DNA from: Raillietiella orientalis
Taxonomy: Eukaryota
Length of the DNA stretch: 64,000 bases
NCBI GenBank assembly: GCA_036172245.1
Contig: JAYWIR010000041.1
Span: 1,612,001 to 1,676,000, forward strand
Direction: 5' to 3'
The first letter of the stretch is position 1. The number at the start of each line of letters is the position of its first letter. Positions 23,889 to 36,761 of the stretch are shown here, piece after piece. The position numbers and the translations under genes were made by a program. The notes beneath the pieces are model-generated. The model was not told the DNA's origin and ran no database searches. It saw only the letters and a program-made list of their open reading frames with translations.

Positions 23889-26800
23889 ATGTTTGTGTAC
23901 AACAGGCATTCTCAGCATGCGGATTCGAAAACTTCATTTTTCAAATCGATAGAATTATTAGCAAGATCACTTGCATCCATATCTCCGACTCATGAGGCAA
24001 AGGTAATATACAGAGGAGAACAAACGTGTTAAATATTTGTGCAAGTTACCCCTTTAACATTATTATTTCATGAATTATTGTTTTCTTTGAAAGACACTTG
24101 GTTGTTTGACTTGACAAATTGCAAGCTGTGTTGAATTTGGATTAATTAATATAAAGGCATGCTAAATAAAAAATTGTTAATGGATTTCTGGTTGTTATTA
24201 TTTCTAGAAAATTAAATGCATTGTTTTTTTGTATTTTCCCGATTTCACATTCTAGTAGCACAAGCATGTAAGCATTGCAAGTTCTCAAAAAATCCGTAAG
24301 AGTTTAATGAACTATTATTATCAGCTTCCATCATTGCATTGATTCAGCTATTGACATTTGATTTTGTCGTTCTGTTTTCAATGTTGAGGATTGACATTAG
24401 CAATTCAGTGAGACACATTACTAATAACTGAAATTTTCGAGCCAGTGTTTGTCAGTTCGTGTATTATGGAACCTTATGATTGAGAGGAATACTATGTCAG
24501 TTTATTTGAAATTTTCTGAATTAATACTTGGAATTGTACATCTGGTTGATGTTTTTGGAATCTATTTTCCAAACTCTTTGTCAGCTGTAGTAGTTTTATG
24601 CACAAAACATATCAGATATGAAAAAATTTGCTGCTTATTATTAGCAGTGTTTCGTGTCTTTAATAATGCAAAATTATTTCAGAAAACCTAGTTGACTTTA
24701 ATCTAGTCAATAAGTAACTCAATATTTACAACTTTTAGGTTTTGCAGTTGATGCAGTTGTGCCCTAAGCCCAACAATGAAGCCCAATATTACATAAATCA
24801 GAGAAGCCAAGAAGCTCTTATTGCACTTGGGATTTATTTAGTAGAATCTCAGTTTCAGCATGCAGAGTTGATAGTACCTTATTTGCTAAATGTTCTTCGT
24901 GGTATACCTTCAGCTGTATGGGCAGATGAAGTATCAGCTTCAGATGAAAGTAAAAAGTTCATTTGTAGTTGTAGATTCTGTTTATTTTTTTTTTTTTTCC
25001 ATTCTTCTGTGTCATCTTGTCTTCTGTTTGATTTATAAGAACAATCATTTTTAAAGGAATTTGAAACCAAAATAGTGTGTTAAATTTTCAAATTTATTAA
25101 CCCTATCATTATAAGATTCTTTTACAGCAATATTTATGCTACATAATTTTTAAATCAGAAACTCCAAAAATATTTCTGGACTCCTATTTTTACATATGAA
25201 AGAGTATTTCCATCCAAAAAACTGGAAACACCAATAAGCATAAATTTAGCAGAATAAATCTGGTATATGGTAACGTATTCAATTATAAAAAACTGAAATT
25301 CATTAAAGTACTCGAATATTGATAAAATTAGTTAGCATATATTGTTTGATATTTTTTTTGTTTATGTAGTCGGTATTCTTATGGATTTAATTTTGAAATC
25401 AAAGGAAGCATTGAAAGGTGACAGTAATTGGTTCCCCCAGTTAAGGTTTTCAGAAGAGAAAGTTTACTGCAATACCAGACAGACAACAGGCTCATACAGA
25501 AAAGTTCGAATGGCATAACAGCAACATTTGTAGGAAATGTTAAAAATCTTGAATCATATAATAACTAACAATTTGAATTTTTTTTTATTTGCAATGTATG
25601 CAACTTAATTTGAATTTAATCATTAGTTCAGTGAATTTCCCTTGGTCATACAAAGTTGAATAGTAAACTATTTTACTAATTTCATTTTTTATTGTCTGTG
25701 ACAGCATGATGCAATGAAATGGCTTTTACATTGAAGTACTTTTTATGTTTCTCTTAACAGTTTTATAAGTGAAATGTTTGGAAAGGTTTGAAAAACAGAC
25801 ATTTCACTTATAAAACAAACATTTCATTCTAAACTTCCAACAATTTGAAACATTAAATGTTTGAAAAACATTTAAGTGGGTTGGTGAAGAGAGTAGTTGA
25901 TGAATCCAGAAATGCAAACATTTCTCAATATTTTACAAGTTTTTGCTTTGTTGGCTGGAAAGTAATTGTACTGTTTTGATGATCGTTTTGGCATTCCAAG
26001 CTTATTGCAGACATAATGGATTATGAAGTGTTTTAATTAATTTCTTTGAAAAAAGTGAACCAAAGCCCTAACTTTGTTTGCATTTTCTAACAGCAAACCA
26101 AATGCTTAAACTTGTATGCAAAGTACCCTTTTGCCTTATATCCTGATTCTGGCATGCAAGTGTACATAGTATTTATTTAATTTAGTTGATAATAAATACT
26201 AATTGTGGGCAGAGCAGAAGTTTGTGTTTTATATGTTGTATTTGATATTTCTGTATTTGATGTTACGATGTCCAATTTTTTTGCTTTTTTGATTTAGTTT
26301 CTTACGTCCTTGATCTCCACATTTTCTGTTTTAAATGCTTTTGATTGATCCTTTCAAATGTAATGTAAGAAAAAGTAATGTAAGAAGTGTAACATAAGAA
26401 AAAAGTTCAGAATTTGTAGAATTAAAATCTGTTTCATTCTGTATGTCAAATATCATGAATATTATGTATGCCCATAAACAGTAAGAATTTCACTACACTA
26501 ATTATAAAAAACTAATTTACACAGAGGAAGCTAAGAACAAAAAATTTTGAATGTCATTCTAGAGCTTCCATTCTGTGAAAGATTTGTGTTTTGTTTGAAC
26601 ACTCTGTTGATGGATATAGCACAGAAGCTCGAGATTTATAGAGAGAAAATAATTGATGAGCAAATCTCTTGTTTGCGGATACTGTCAGAATCATATATTA
26701 ATCTTGATACTAATGAAGTTGTAAAGAATTCTTCACAAGGTAAGAAGAACTGTTCATACAAAACTGAAAACAATGTGATTAATGTAGTCCATATTTGCAA

Positions 26801-29800
26801 ATATGTTCTTCCAAGTTTATTTGGACTTGCTAGAACCATAGGCAGAACTTCACATGTTAATTTATCACTGTTCCAAATTCTTTTCCCACGTGAAAAATTG
26901 CCAGCTTATCCATCTTCTGTGGTTCCATCAAAAAAACGGAAATTTCATTCATTCAGTAGTTTTCGTTCCATTCTTCCACGATGTATGACTCAAAATTTTC
27001 AACCAAATAATGATGATGTCATCTTCGATTCGGATAGTCTTATCGATTTTCGGTAATTGTCTACTTTATTTTTGAGGGCTAGTTGTAAAAAACTTTGATG
27101 CACCAGTGAAACTTTGAGGCGCAATTCTGTGATACCAACTTGCCAAGAAATTACAAAAAGTTCTCCTTTAAAGTTCTTTTATAACAAAATAGGGACTAGT
27201 TTCATAACCAATTTAGAAATGGAAAATCAAGACCATCAGTTGGAGACTAAACATTATTTGAAGTTTCCTCTTCAGTACATTCAAGTAAATTATGTTTTGT
27301 TTGGCACTGTTTAAGTTTTATTATATAATTAATAGCTCGTGCTAAACATAGCAAGAAAATCACTGTCAGAAAGTGTTTTAGAATCCCTAGATAAAATTGC
27401 TGAAGAAATTTTTTTGTCTGATACATCCCGAACTTTTCCATATAAATCATTTCGAGAGACCTTGAATCTTGTAATGGTAACTCTATTGAGAGAATTGGTA
27501 CAGCATAGAACTGGTAATAATCCTTTTACTAAGCCTTGTAATGCGTTTTATTTTTTCTTTTAAGATCTACCTCCGACTTTTGTAAAAGAAATTCAGAGTT
27601 TTATAAAAAGTTTATTCTTAACTGGTCAAACTGAACTTCAGAGTAAACAGTATGAGGCTAGTGAAAAAGAAGATTCAGAACTCAGTCATCGATCAGTAAA
27701 TAGGTTCAAAGTAAATGTTCAAGTTAATGCTGCCTGTGTGGATTTATTGGTTTGGGCAGTAACTGATGAACTGGGTAACAAATAATTCATGCCATATATA
27801 TTTTGATTGGAATTATTCAGAACAGTTTACTCCTTCCGAATAATAAATATGAGTATTGGAATCCTCAAATAAGAGAAAGAGTTACACATGTGTTTATTTA
27901 AAAATTAGTAAATTCATGAAGTGTTACGATATTTTCAAGGCATTTTGTAAAGCACAGATTTATTATGTTTTTTTTCCTTCTAATACATAAAATGTATTTG
28001 CTACTTCCGAATATTTATGTTACTTATGTATGTTACATTTACTAGAATTTTGCAATAATGTATCAACTTTGTTTTGAGATGAGTTTTATTTTTACTGTTT
28101 CCTCAAACTGAAAAGTATCAAATGAATTCTTGATATGAATTATGCCTACAGAAGTTATCACAACATTTCTGGTATATGCCTTTGTAGTATAAGGATGTCT
28201 TGCACATCATTCCTTTGCATCTTGATAATATTACCATTTTCAGAAAAACTTTGCCCATTTCTAGTTTAGAATGTTCCCTTTTTATGCTTGTTGTTGAGTT
28301 TTCCATTTAAACCTACCCTCTGAAAAATATGTCATATTTCATATTTACATCTTGCATGTTAGTTGCTGTTGGTCACATGTTAGTATGGTGATCGAAACAG
28401 TGCTTTATGCTTTAAATTATTTTTGTCTTGAAAAAGCATTCAGCTTTTTTACATTTAGAGGCATTAGGAAGGTTTCGAATGAGGTGTGTTTTATTGATTA
28501 GGGGCAGAATCTTTATGCAGCAGATTGAGTGAAAAACTGAACCAACATCAGAGCCACAGATTAATTCTCGCCCATGTGCCTCTTCTAATAGTTTGTTTAG
28601 AGGTAAAGTAGAAATTGTTTATATGGCTGAAAGATCATTTTATGTGCCAGAGTTTAAGTAAGTTAGCTGCCAAGTTTCCTCATGTTGTTGGTACAAGTGT
28701 AACTTACTTGAGAGATTTTCTAATAGATCCATCTCCTATTTTGTGGAGATTGCATAGACATCATATGGAAGTAAATGGAAATACTCCATATTTGACTGTT
28801 ACAGGTTAAGTATTTTTTTAGCTTTATCTCACATAGTAAAATCCGTGAGTAACCAGCCGAATTAATCAAATGTATTTTGTGAACCGAATGGAACTGTAGA
28901 AACTATACATTTTTACCCTATTCTTTAGACGCAGTCTTTGTTTCCTTGCATACTTTATTCCAGACATTTAATTTCAAAATAAGGATCGTTTCATCATAGC
29001 AAAAACTTTGAAAATTCAAAATTTTCCTTAAAGCCGGAAGTTTTTCATACCACATCTATTATTGATACAGATTTTTTAAATGATGCATTTGGAATATCTG
29101 TATTGGTAGCTGAAGCTTATTTTTTAATATATGACATTTTGGTTCAACTCTGACACTTAAGCACATGTATCTAGCTAAAAAATGCTTGATTCATTAATTT
29201 TGACAATTTCTACATATTTTTTTCTAATAAGTTCAGAAAGATGAATCTTATTGCTTTGTTCATTAGTGAAATCGGAGAGAAGCCATAAATGTCTGTGCCC
29301 ATATTGCGTCTGTTTTGAAAAGCTTCGAGATACTGCTATTGAAAATTTATGTGTGGCCCTTAAACACGCCTTAACTGTTGATAATGAAACAGTCCGTGCT
29401 TTCATTGCTACTGTCAGTAATCGGTTGTTTACTGCAGAAATTAGAAAAGATGATAGGTTAGTTTCTTTGCATTTTAATAAATAATAATATCGTTAATGTT
29501 TCAGGGAAGCTCTAATTGCTATAAATACAGTTACAACTTTAGGTCACATTGCTGTTGCTTTGAAAGATACTTCAAAAACTATGCAATCGGTTCTCCAGTT
29601 TTTTCAACAGAGGTTTTGTAATCTTCCATCGCCTTTAGACATTTTGATCATTGATCAGTTGGGTTGCATGGTTATTGCGAAAGCAGCTGCAGATGAAAAA
29701 AATAGCAAGGAAGAGGTGTGTTTTGTAATTATCATATTGACTAAAGCATTTTTTTCCTATAAAGTCAATTTAATGATTTATTGTTTTTTATTTCAGCAAT

Positions 29801-32800
29801 CAGTTTACGAGGAAGTGATGAAAATGTTCACCCAGATAACAGTTGAAGCAAGTTCTTCAGCATATAGTTTGACATCAGGCATGGCAGATGAGCGAAAACA
29901 GCAATATCGGTATGACTATAGATTCGCGACTTTTTGACTGCTTTTACTTTAGATATGTATCTTCAGCAGTAATGAATGCTCTTGCAAATATAGCAGACAA
30001 AATTACAGGTGAAGCAGAAATGACCGAACTCCTTATTCGGCTTTTGGAATTGTTTGTCCAACTGGGTCTTGAGCTTAAACGTGTTTTGGAAAAAGCATCT
30101 GTAAATTTAAAGGTACATATGGAAAACATCTGATTTTTTTTATAGATGTTTTGGTATTAAATGCATATTAATAAGTTTTCTTTACATGATCAATTGGATT
30201 TTATTAGGCTTCTAGCAGTGCTGGCAACTTGGGACTTCTAATACCTGTAATTGCTATTTTGATTCGGCGCCTTCCACCAGTTCATGATCCAAAACCTCGC
30301 TTGCGAAAGCTTTTTCGAGACTTCTGGCTTTATTGCATCCTACTAGGGTTCGCTTCCGAACATTCTGGTATTTATTGTGTTATGTAGATTAGATCCAATT
30401 CAGTGTATTGTAGCTCTTTGGCCAGGTGATTGGTTCGATGGTGTAAAAGATATTGCTGTGAAATCGCCGTTGTTAATTTCATCTCAGAGGTCAGAATTGA
30501 GAGAACTTCAGTATACTTCAGCTGTTAGGCATGAGAGTGTATCAACAGTAAGGAATGTAACAAATTTTTCAGTCAAAGAGAAATAATATGTTCTTAGACG
30601 GAATTGATACATTTGAGAAATCAAATTCTCATTGTTTTGCACCCGCCACCAGATGTGATTCCTATTATTAACAAAATGACATTTGCACAATGTACTTACA
30701 TCCTAAGTGTATATAAGTTGGAGAGCTTGAGGTAAAAAAGTGCTATCACTTACCTGTTAATCTTCCTATTTTTAGAATTAAAAGCAGTCCTCAAACCAGC
30801 TTTCATGATTTATATGCTTATTTAGTTAATCCTACTCTTCAGAAAGAAAAAACTGGTCTCTGGCAATGTATTTGCAGGTAATATTCTGCTATGCGTCATG
30901 TGATTATTCTGCTGATAGCATATTAGAAACTGTATTTTCGGAATTCTTGGAAATCATGGCATGTAAGCCAAAAAATGAAACTAGAGAACGGGAATTAGAA
31001 GGGCATGTACAATTCTTATTAGTGAACTTTAGCCATCAGCACAAACACATCCGTCGTCAGTCAGATACTTATTTAAGCAAATTGGTTGAAAGGTTAATAG
31101 TTTGTTGTGTGTGTTAATCATGCCTTGTTACTTTCTGAACACTATAGATTCCCCCATCTGCTTTGGAATCGCCAAGTTTTGCATACCATGTTGGATATCC
31201 TCAATCTTTTGAGTAGTACTTTAGATTTCAACCCCAGTGATAATCAGGTGGAAATCAAGTTTCCATTTAAGCCGTATTCACTGATGCTCATGGATACCTT
31301 TGAGGACAGAAAAGTGTGGGAAGTTATAGTAAAGCTCAAACTCAAATTTATTATGTTAGAAAATCGTCGATGACTTTGCTGAACGTTGCTCTGGTATCAT
31401 CCAGGAATCCATGAAATGGGCTGCTAATACTACTCAGTTTCACCTACATGAGTATCTTTTGAGGAATCTTCATCAGATGCAAGATAATATTCCAGGAATT
31501 AATTTGGCTGTAGAGAGTATTATTAAGTGTGTTAATCCGGAATCGTCTTCATTACCAGTAAGCAGGGGATCGATTGATTTGTTGATTTTGACCATTCGCT
31601 ATGCTGAAGGAACTCCCTTCTTGCATTATGAAAAACACAAGTCAGTTTTTTACCCATTTGACTCTAGGAAGTCGTTATACTGGTGAAGTGCATAGCTTGT
31701 TAAAGGATGACTTGTCTCTTAAGTCTGTGGAATTTATCTCTCAGCAAATGAAGAAAGAACTCCAAGATCATGCTGTAAGCAAAAATGAAGATTTGTTTTG
31801 CCAGTGTCTTTGGAGAATAACAGCCCTTTTAGTTTTAGTTCCTGGTAAACAGTTTATTATATCATGCATATATTTTTGTTGTAAGGTGTTGTTAGAGTTC
31901 TTCTTCATGAGATATGTAATGCACCCTTGGCTATGTTCACAAGAACGGGAATGTTAACTACGGTTGCATGCTGGAACTGGGTTCTTTGTTCTCGACCAGA
32001 TCTTAATCTGCACCTTATCCAGGGAATTCTAACTGCTTGGCAGGTGCTTTCCATTATTTTGGCATGTATCTGAGGGAAATGCTCTTCAGGCAACTATTAA
32101 TAAAAAAATGGGACTTTTTTCTTGCATGTCACCTGAAAGAAATCCGTGGACTCCACATACTCAACAGAAATTAAAACCTGATCCTCCGGATGTCACACCA
32201 CATCTGATTTGGATTCAGGTAAGCCTATTTTTTTTTGGCCATAAAGAAATTATTTTCTTTCCAGTTCATATCTGAACGTGTTGAATGCATCAAGTACAAT
32301 TCTCAGGATGAAATTGATTTATTTACTTTTATGTTCCATAAAAGTCTGTTACCATGTGTTGGTAAATCAGATCGAGTTAGTATGAATCAACATATTGGAG
32401 CAGTAGGTGCGAGATTCAGGTAATGTATCTAATTTAAAATGTATAGTGACCTTTTATTTTTTGCAAATCAGTAAGTTCATATAATAACGTCCTTTTTGTT
32501 ATGTCTTATGTTTTCTTGGATTCAGAAATTATGAAAGCCAAATCTATGTGAAATTCTCATGGGCATCTTGAGAAATCAAAATTGAAATTTGCTTCCAGAA
32601 ACATAATCTATTAAATATCGCAAATTCTTAATTTGCCTTTGTTGTGTCTGTTATCATTTCTTGGATCATCTTTACTTATTCAGTTGTTTAGGATTTTTTC
32701 CTTATTTTTCCATATGTTTTTCTAACTTGTGCAGTTTATATTATTTATATCCCTTTATTTTCAGATTTTGCGTCATTTTATTATTAGAACCCATATAAGT

Positions 32801-35800
32801 TTTCTTGATTGATGATTTTGATTGATAGAATGATTGTCATCAACCTGATGATTACAGGGTGGCTTGTGCATTTGTGGGTGATCTTCCAGAATTCTCTGGT
32901 GCAAAAGTCTTTGCTTTCATTGTTTTAGTAAATTTTGTTCATTCCAGAGATTGCTGTTCCCAATCCTTACATTGTTGACTAATCTAATTTATTCTTTGCA
33001 GAACTTTGTGGTGTTTTGAAATATCATTAATAGATATGAGTTAGTGACTTGAGCTATGTGTATTTTCACTTTTTTAAAGTTACTCAAAGATTTGAGATCA
33101 GCCTCAATCAAGAATTATAAGAGTTTTTCTATTAATTAGAAGAATAAAAAAAATCGCATCAATTTTTTTAAATTACGGATTGAATTATTATTTTTTTCAT
33201 ATTGGTGTTTTTAGGCATGGCATGATCGATTGTGTTTATTATTTGTTCTCATGCTGGGTACTAATTCGAAGCATTCTTTTTTTCATTCATTATCGTAATT
33301 GCTTTGGAAGTAAGCTTTCTGTTGCATTCCTAGAAATGTCTGGTGTTTTACAAAGTTTTTATTTAGCCCATAAAAGCATTTCAAACACTAAGTCTCTTGA
33401 AAGTGCATGGCGTATTTTATCTACGTTGCTTCTGTGCTTTCATTAAACCATATATTTTAATATGTGTTGCCACCTTTGCAATCAGCTTTAAATTGGATCC
33501 ATTTAAAAAGAGAGTTTTGGGATTTTCACTTTGTGTTTTAATGAAAAGATGCACTAGTTTTTTTTTAATTTTCTTTGCCCTCGAACAAAGTTGTCATTGT
33601 ATTAGTTTAAGTTTTGTAGTTGCATTCTGATACAAGATTTTTAATTCATGCTTATTTTGGTTTTAAGAACCGAGATCCTCTGTGTTCACATGTAAACAGC
33701 TAAATACATAGTAGCAAATGTTGAATTGTTTAATAAGAAAATAGCAAAATGAAATTTTACACATTTTAAAATTGGCATTTGTATTTGTGAGTTAGGTATG
33801 AATTTGAAGAATTAGGTAAAAATAAATTTTTCAAACCTTTTGTCAGAAAACGTTAAATGTTCATGTTTATGTTTGAATCAAGATAAAATAATCAATGTAT
33901 TTGTATCATTATCTTTTCAACTTATTAGTTATGTTATTTATTCTCAGTATTATGTCTTTTGTAGTCTTCTTCAGTGTGGGTTGTCTCTTTTACAAGGAGA
34001 TGTACTTCCTTCTGGAGTGAACAAGAATGTACTTCGTGAACGTATCTATTGTGCATGCTTAGAATATTTTTGCCAACCACAAAAGTGTCCATCTCAAAAA
34101 CGTGGTAAATTAAGGGAAGACCTGCAAGTCATGATGCGTTTCTGGCAGACTATGCATAAAGACAAAAAATTTCTGAAAACAAGTCTCTTTGTTGATACAA
34201 ACAGCAAAAACCGCCCTGTAACTTTGATAGCACCACATTTAACATCTGATGTGCGATCCTTGTCTGGAGAATTCGCTAAACTTTCACAAACAGGTTGGAT
34301 GAATACCTTTAATTTGGATACAGCTTCTTCAACAGTATCAAAAAAATCTGGGAGATCCAAACGAGTAGCAAATCCAGATACGTTTGTGAAAGATTATTTA
34401 AAAAAACGAAATCTTATTTTGTCACTTCTGGTATTGTAGCGAATCTCTATGTTCGTGAAATTAAGTTTTCGTTATAGGCTTCTGAAATAGAATTTCTGAG
34501 TACATGGTATAACCCTGCAGCACTCCCGGAATTTCAAATACCTGATGATCATGTAATTACTGCTTGGCGTTCACAACAAATTCCGGATCGTATATGGAAG
34601 GATATACGTCTAGCTTGGGAAATCAGTCCTATGCTGGCAGGGTTTCTTCCATTTCGAATAAAAACTAATGAGGCTCTCGTAAAAGAAGTAAATTGTTTAG
34701 TTAGAGCTAATCCTGTTGAACTCTGTGAAGTACCCGAAGCCTTACAATATTTAGCATCTCAAGAAGCAGTGACAGCAGATGCTCCTGAGGTGATTCTTCA
34801 CTCTGAAGTAGAAATTCTAAATTCCTTTGTCTAGTTGACATTTATTTTGACATGGGCATTTGTTTCTCCTGTTCAAGCCTTGTCATTCTTTAGTCGCCAA
34901 TACCCACCGCACCCCTTAACAGCCCAGTATGCCGTTCGAGCCTTGGCTTCATATCCCACAGATACTATTCTTTTTTATATTCCTCAGATAGTGCAAGGAC
35001 TTCGTTATGATACAGTAAGTGAATCTTTCGGTGAGAAGAATGCAACAACTATATCCTTTAGATGGGTTTCTTAACAGAATTCATCAGAGAGGCTACAAGG
35101 CAGTCACAGCTCTTGTTACATCAGCTAATTTGGAATATACGTACGAATATGTTTCGCGATGAAGATTCACAGATCAAAGATGGTAATGTCTGTTGTGCTT
35201 CCTTTTAATGTTTTAATTTCATGCTTTACAGAACTAATATATGATACCTTAGATAGTTTGTATCAGGAACTGATTGGAAGACTTTCTGGCCAAGCATTGG
35301 GATTTTATGAACGTGAATTTGAATTTTTTAATAAAATAACTAGTATTTCTGGAAAAATTCGCACGTATCCAAAAGGAATCGAGAGGAAAAAGGCCTGTTT
35401 GGAAGCCTTGTCTGAAATTGAGGTACAGCCTGGATGCTATTTGCCATCAAATAATGAAGCAATAATCTTGGATATTGATTATAAATCCGGTACTCCAATG
35501 CAAAGGTTTGCAATTGAGTCATGTTTTGGAGCCCATATTTTGCTGTAGTGCTGCCAAGGCACCATTTCTAGCACGGTTTCGAGTCAAACAATGCAGCATT
35601 CAAGATGTAGAAGCAGTTGGTTTGAGTGGTGACAGCACCATGGTGCACAAAGTTTGTGGTCAAGAATACTGGCAAGCAGCAATATTCAAGGTTGGAGATG
35701 ATGTGCGTCAGGACATACTTGCCATTCAAGTTATCAGCATTTTCAAAAATATTTTTGCTCAAATTGGCCTAGATGTTTACTTGTATCCATATCGTGTGGT

Positions 35801-36658
35801 GGCTACAGACCCTGGTGTATGTATGAATGTGTATTGGGGAATAGTAATTTTGTTACAGTGTGGCGTTATTGAATGCGTACCCAATGCCAAATCTAGGGAC
35901 CAACTTGGACGACAGACAGATATAGGTTTATACGAATATTTTTTAAAAAAATACGGCGACGAAAGTACACGTGAATTCCAAGCAGCAAGGCAAAACTTCA
36001 TTCGGTCAATGGCTGCATACAGCATGATTGGCTTTTTGTTGCAAATCAAAGATCGTCACAATGGTAATATCATGATCGATACGGATGGCCACATCATACA
36101 TATCGGTGGGTTTGATTGCTTTTATAAAATACTTTTGGTTTTCATGTTCAAGTTGTGCAGTGCTCTCAAAAGTATTATAAGAACCTCTTGTATTAAATTG
36201 TGATTCAGATTTCGGCTTTATGTTTGAAAGTTCACCTGGTGGAAATCTTGGTTTCGAACCTAATATCAAACTCACAGATGAAATGGTCATGATCATGGGT
36301 GGCAAGATAGAAGCGGCTCCGTTTCGTTGGTTCATGGAACTGTGTGTGCAAGCGTACATTGCCGTGAGGTCTGTCATTTGGGTTGAGTAATATTTCGAAC
36401 TTCCCTTTTGTGTGTGTGTGTGTGTTTTTCAGGCCATATCAGGACCATCTAGTAAGCTTAGTCTCTCTCATGTTAGATACGCGCCTGCCATGTTTCCGAG
36501 GGCAAACTATCAAGCTTTTAAGATCACGATTCGTCCCCAATTCAGGAGAAAAAGAAGCAGCTAGTTATTTAGTTTCAGTGATCAAAAGTTCTTTTCTAAA
36601 TTTCAGAACCAGAACTTACGATATGATCCAGTACTATCAAAATCGCATTCCGTATTAA
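23889..36658 (+). CDS. PI4KA: Phosphatidylinositol 4-kinase type III alpha, 33 coding exons, 2086 aa
   Basis: Exons 23889-24002, 24739-24949, 26563-26739, 26788-27052, 27107-27284, 27336-27513, 27565-27774, 28502-28602, 28651-28804, 29267-29456, 29505-29715, 29797-29909, 29953-30112, 30208-30367, 30414-30547, 30598-30731, 30776-30877, 30919-31092, 31148-31313, 31360-31557, 31610-31844, 31886-32043, 32090-32218, 32265-32419, 33965-34430, 34478-34789, 34835-35014, 35062-35182, 35232-35505, 35549-35816, 35859-36105, 36209-36368, 36433-36658 sum to 6261 nt; all introns are GT-AG. Motifs: [69 protein letters not shown], and C-terminal [13 protein letters not shown]. Confidence 0.97.
36409..36424. 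repeat. (TG)8 microsatellite in the last PI4KA intron, just upstream of the acceptor
   Basis: tgtgtgtgtgtgtgtg followed by tttttcag. Confidence 0.85.
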
Positions 36659-36755
36659 TCATGAATTTTATCTGTTGAAGGCAGGCTTTTGTAACGTTTC
36701 GTACTGTAAGACAATTTGTACATGAAGTTTATATCTGAAGCAAAAAGTTATTGTT

Positions 36756-36761
36756 AATAAA
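36756..36761 (+). promoter_or_regulatory. Candidate polyadenylation signal of PI4KA
   Basis: AATAAA about 100 nt after the stop codon, followed by GT-containing sequence. Confidence 0.55.

Noticed and set aside
35051..35058. ATATCCTT, matching the U12-type AT-AC donor consensus
   Set aside because: It lies at the 3' end of a 47-nt GT-AG intron whose splicing gives the conserved LRYDT-MGF junction, so no AT-AC intron is needed.
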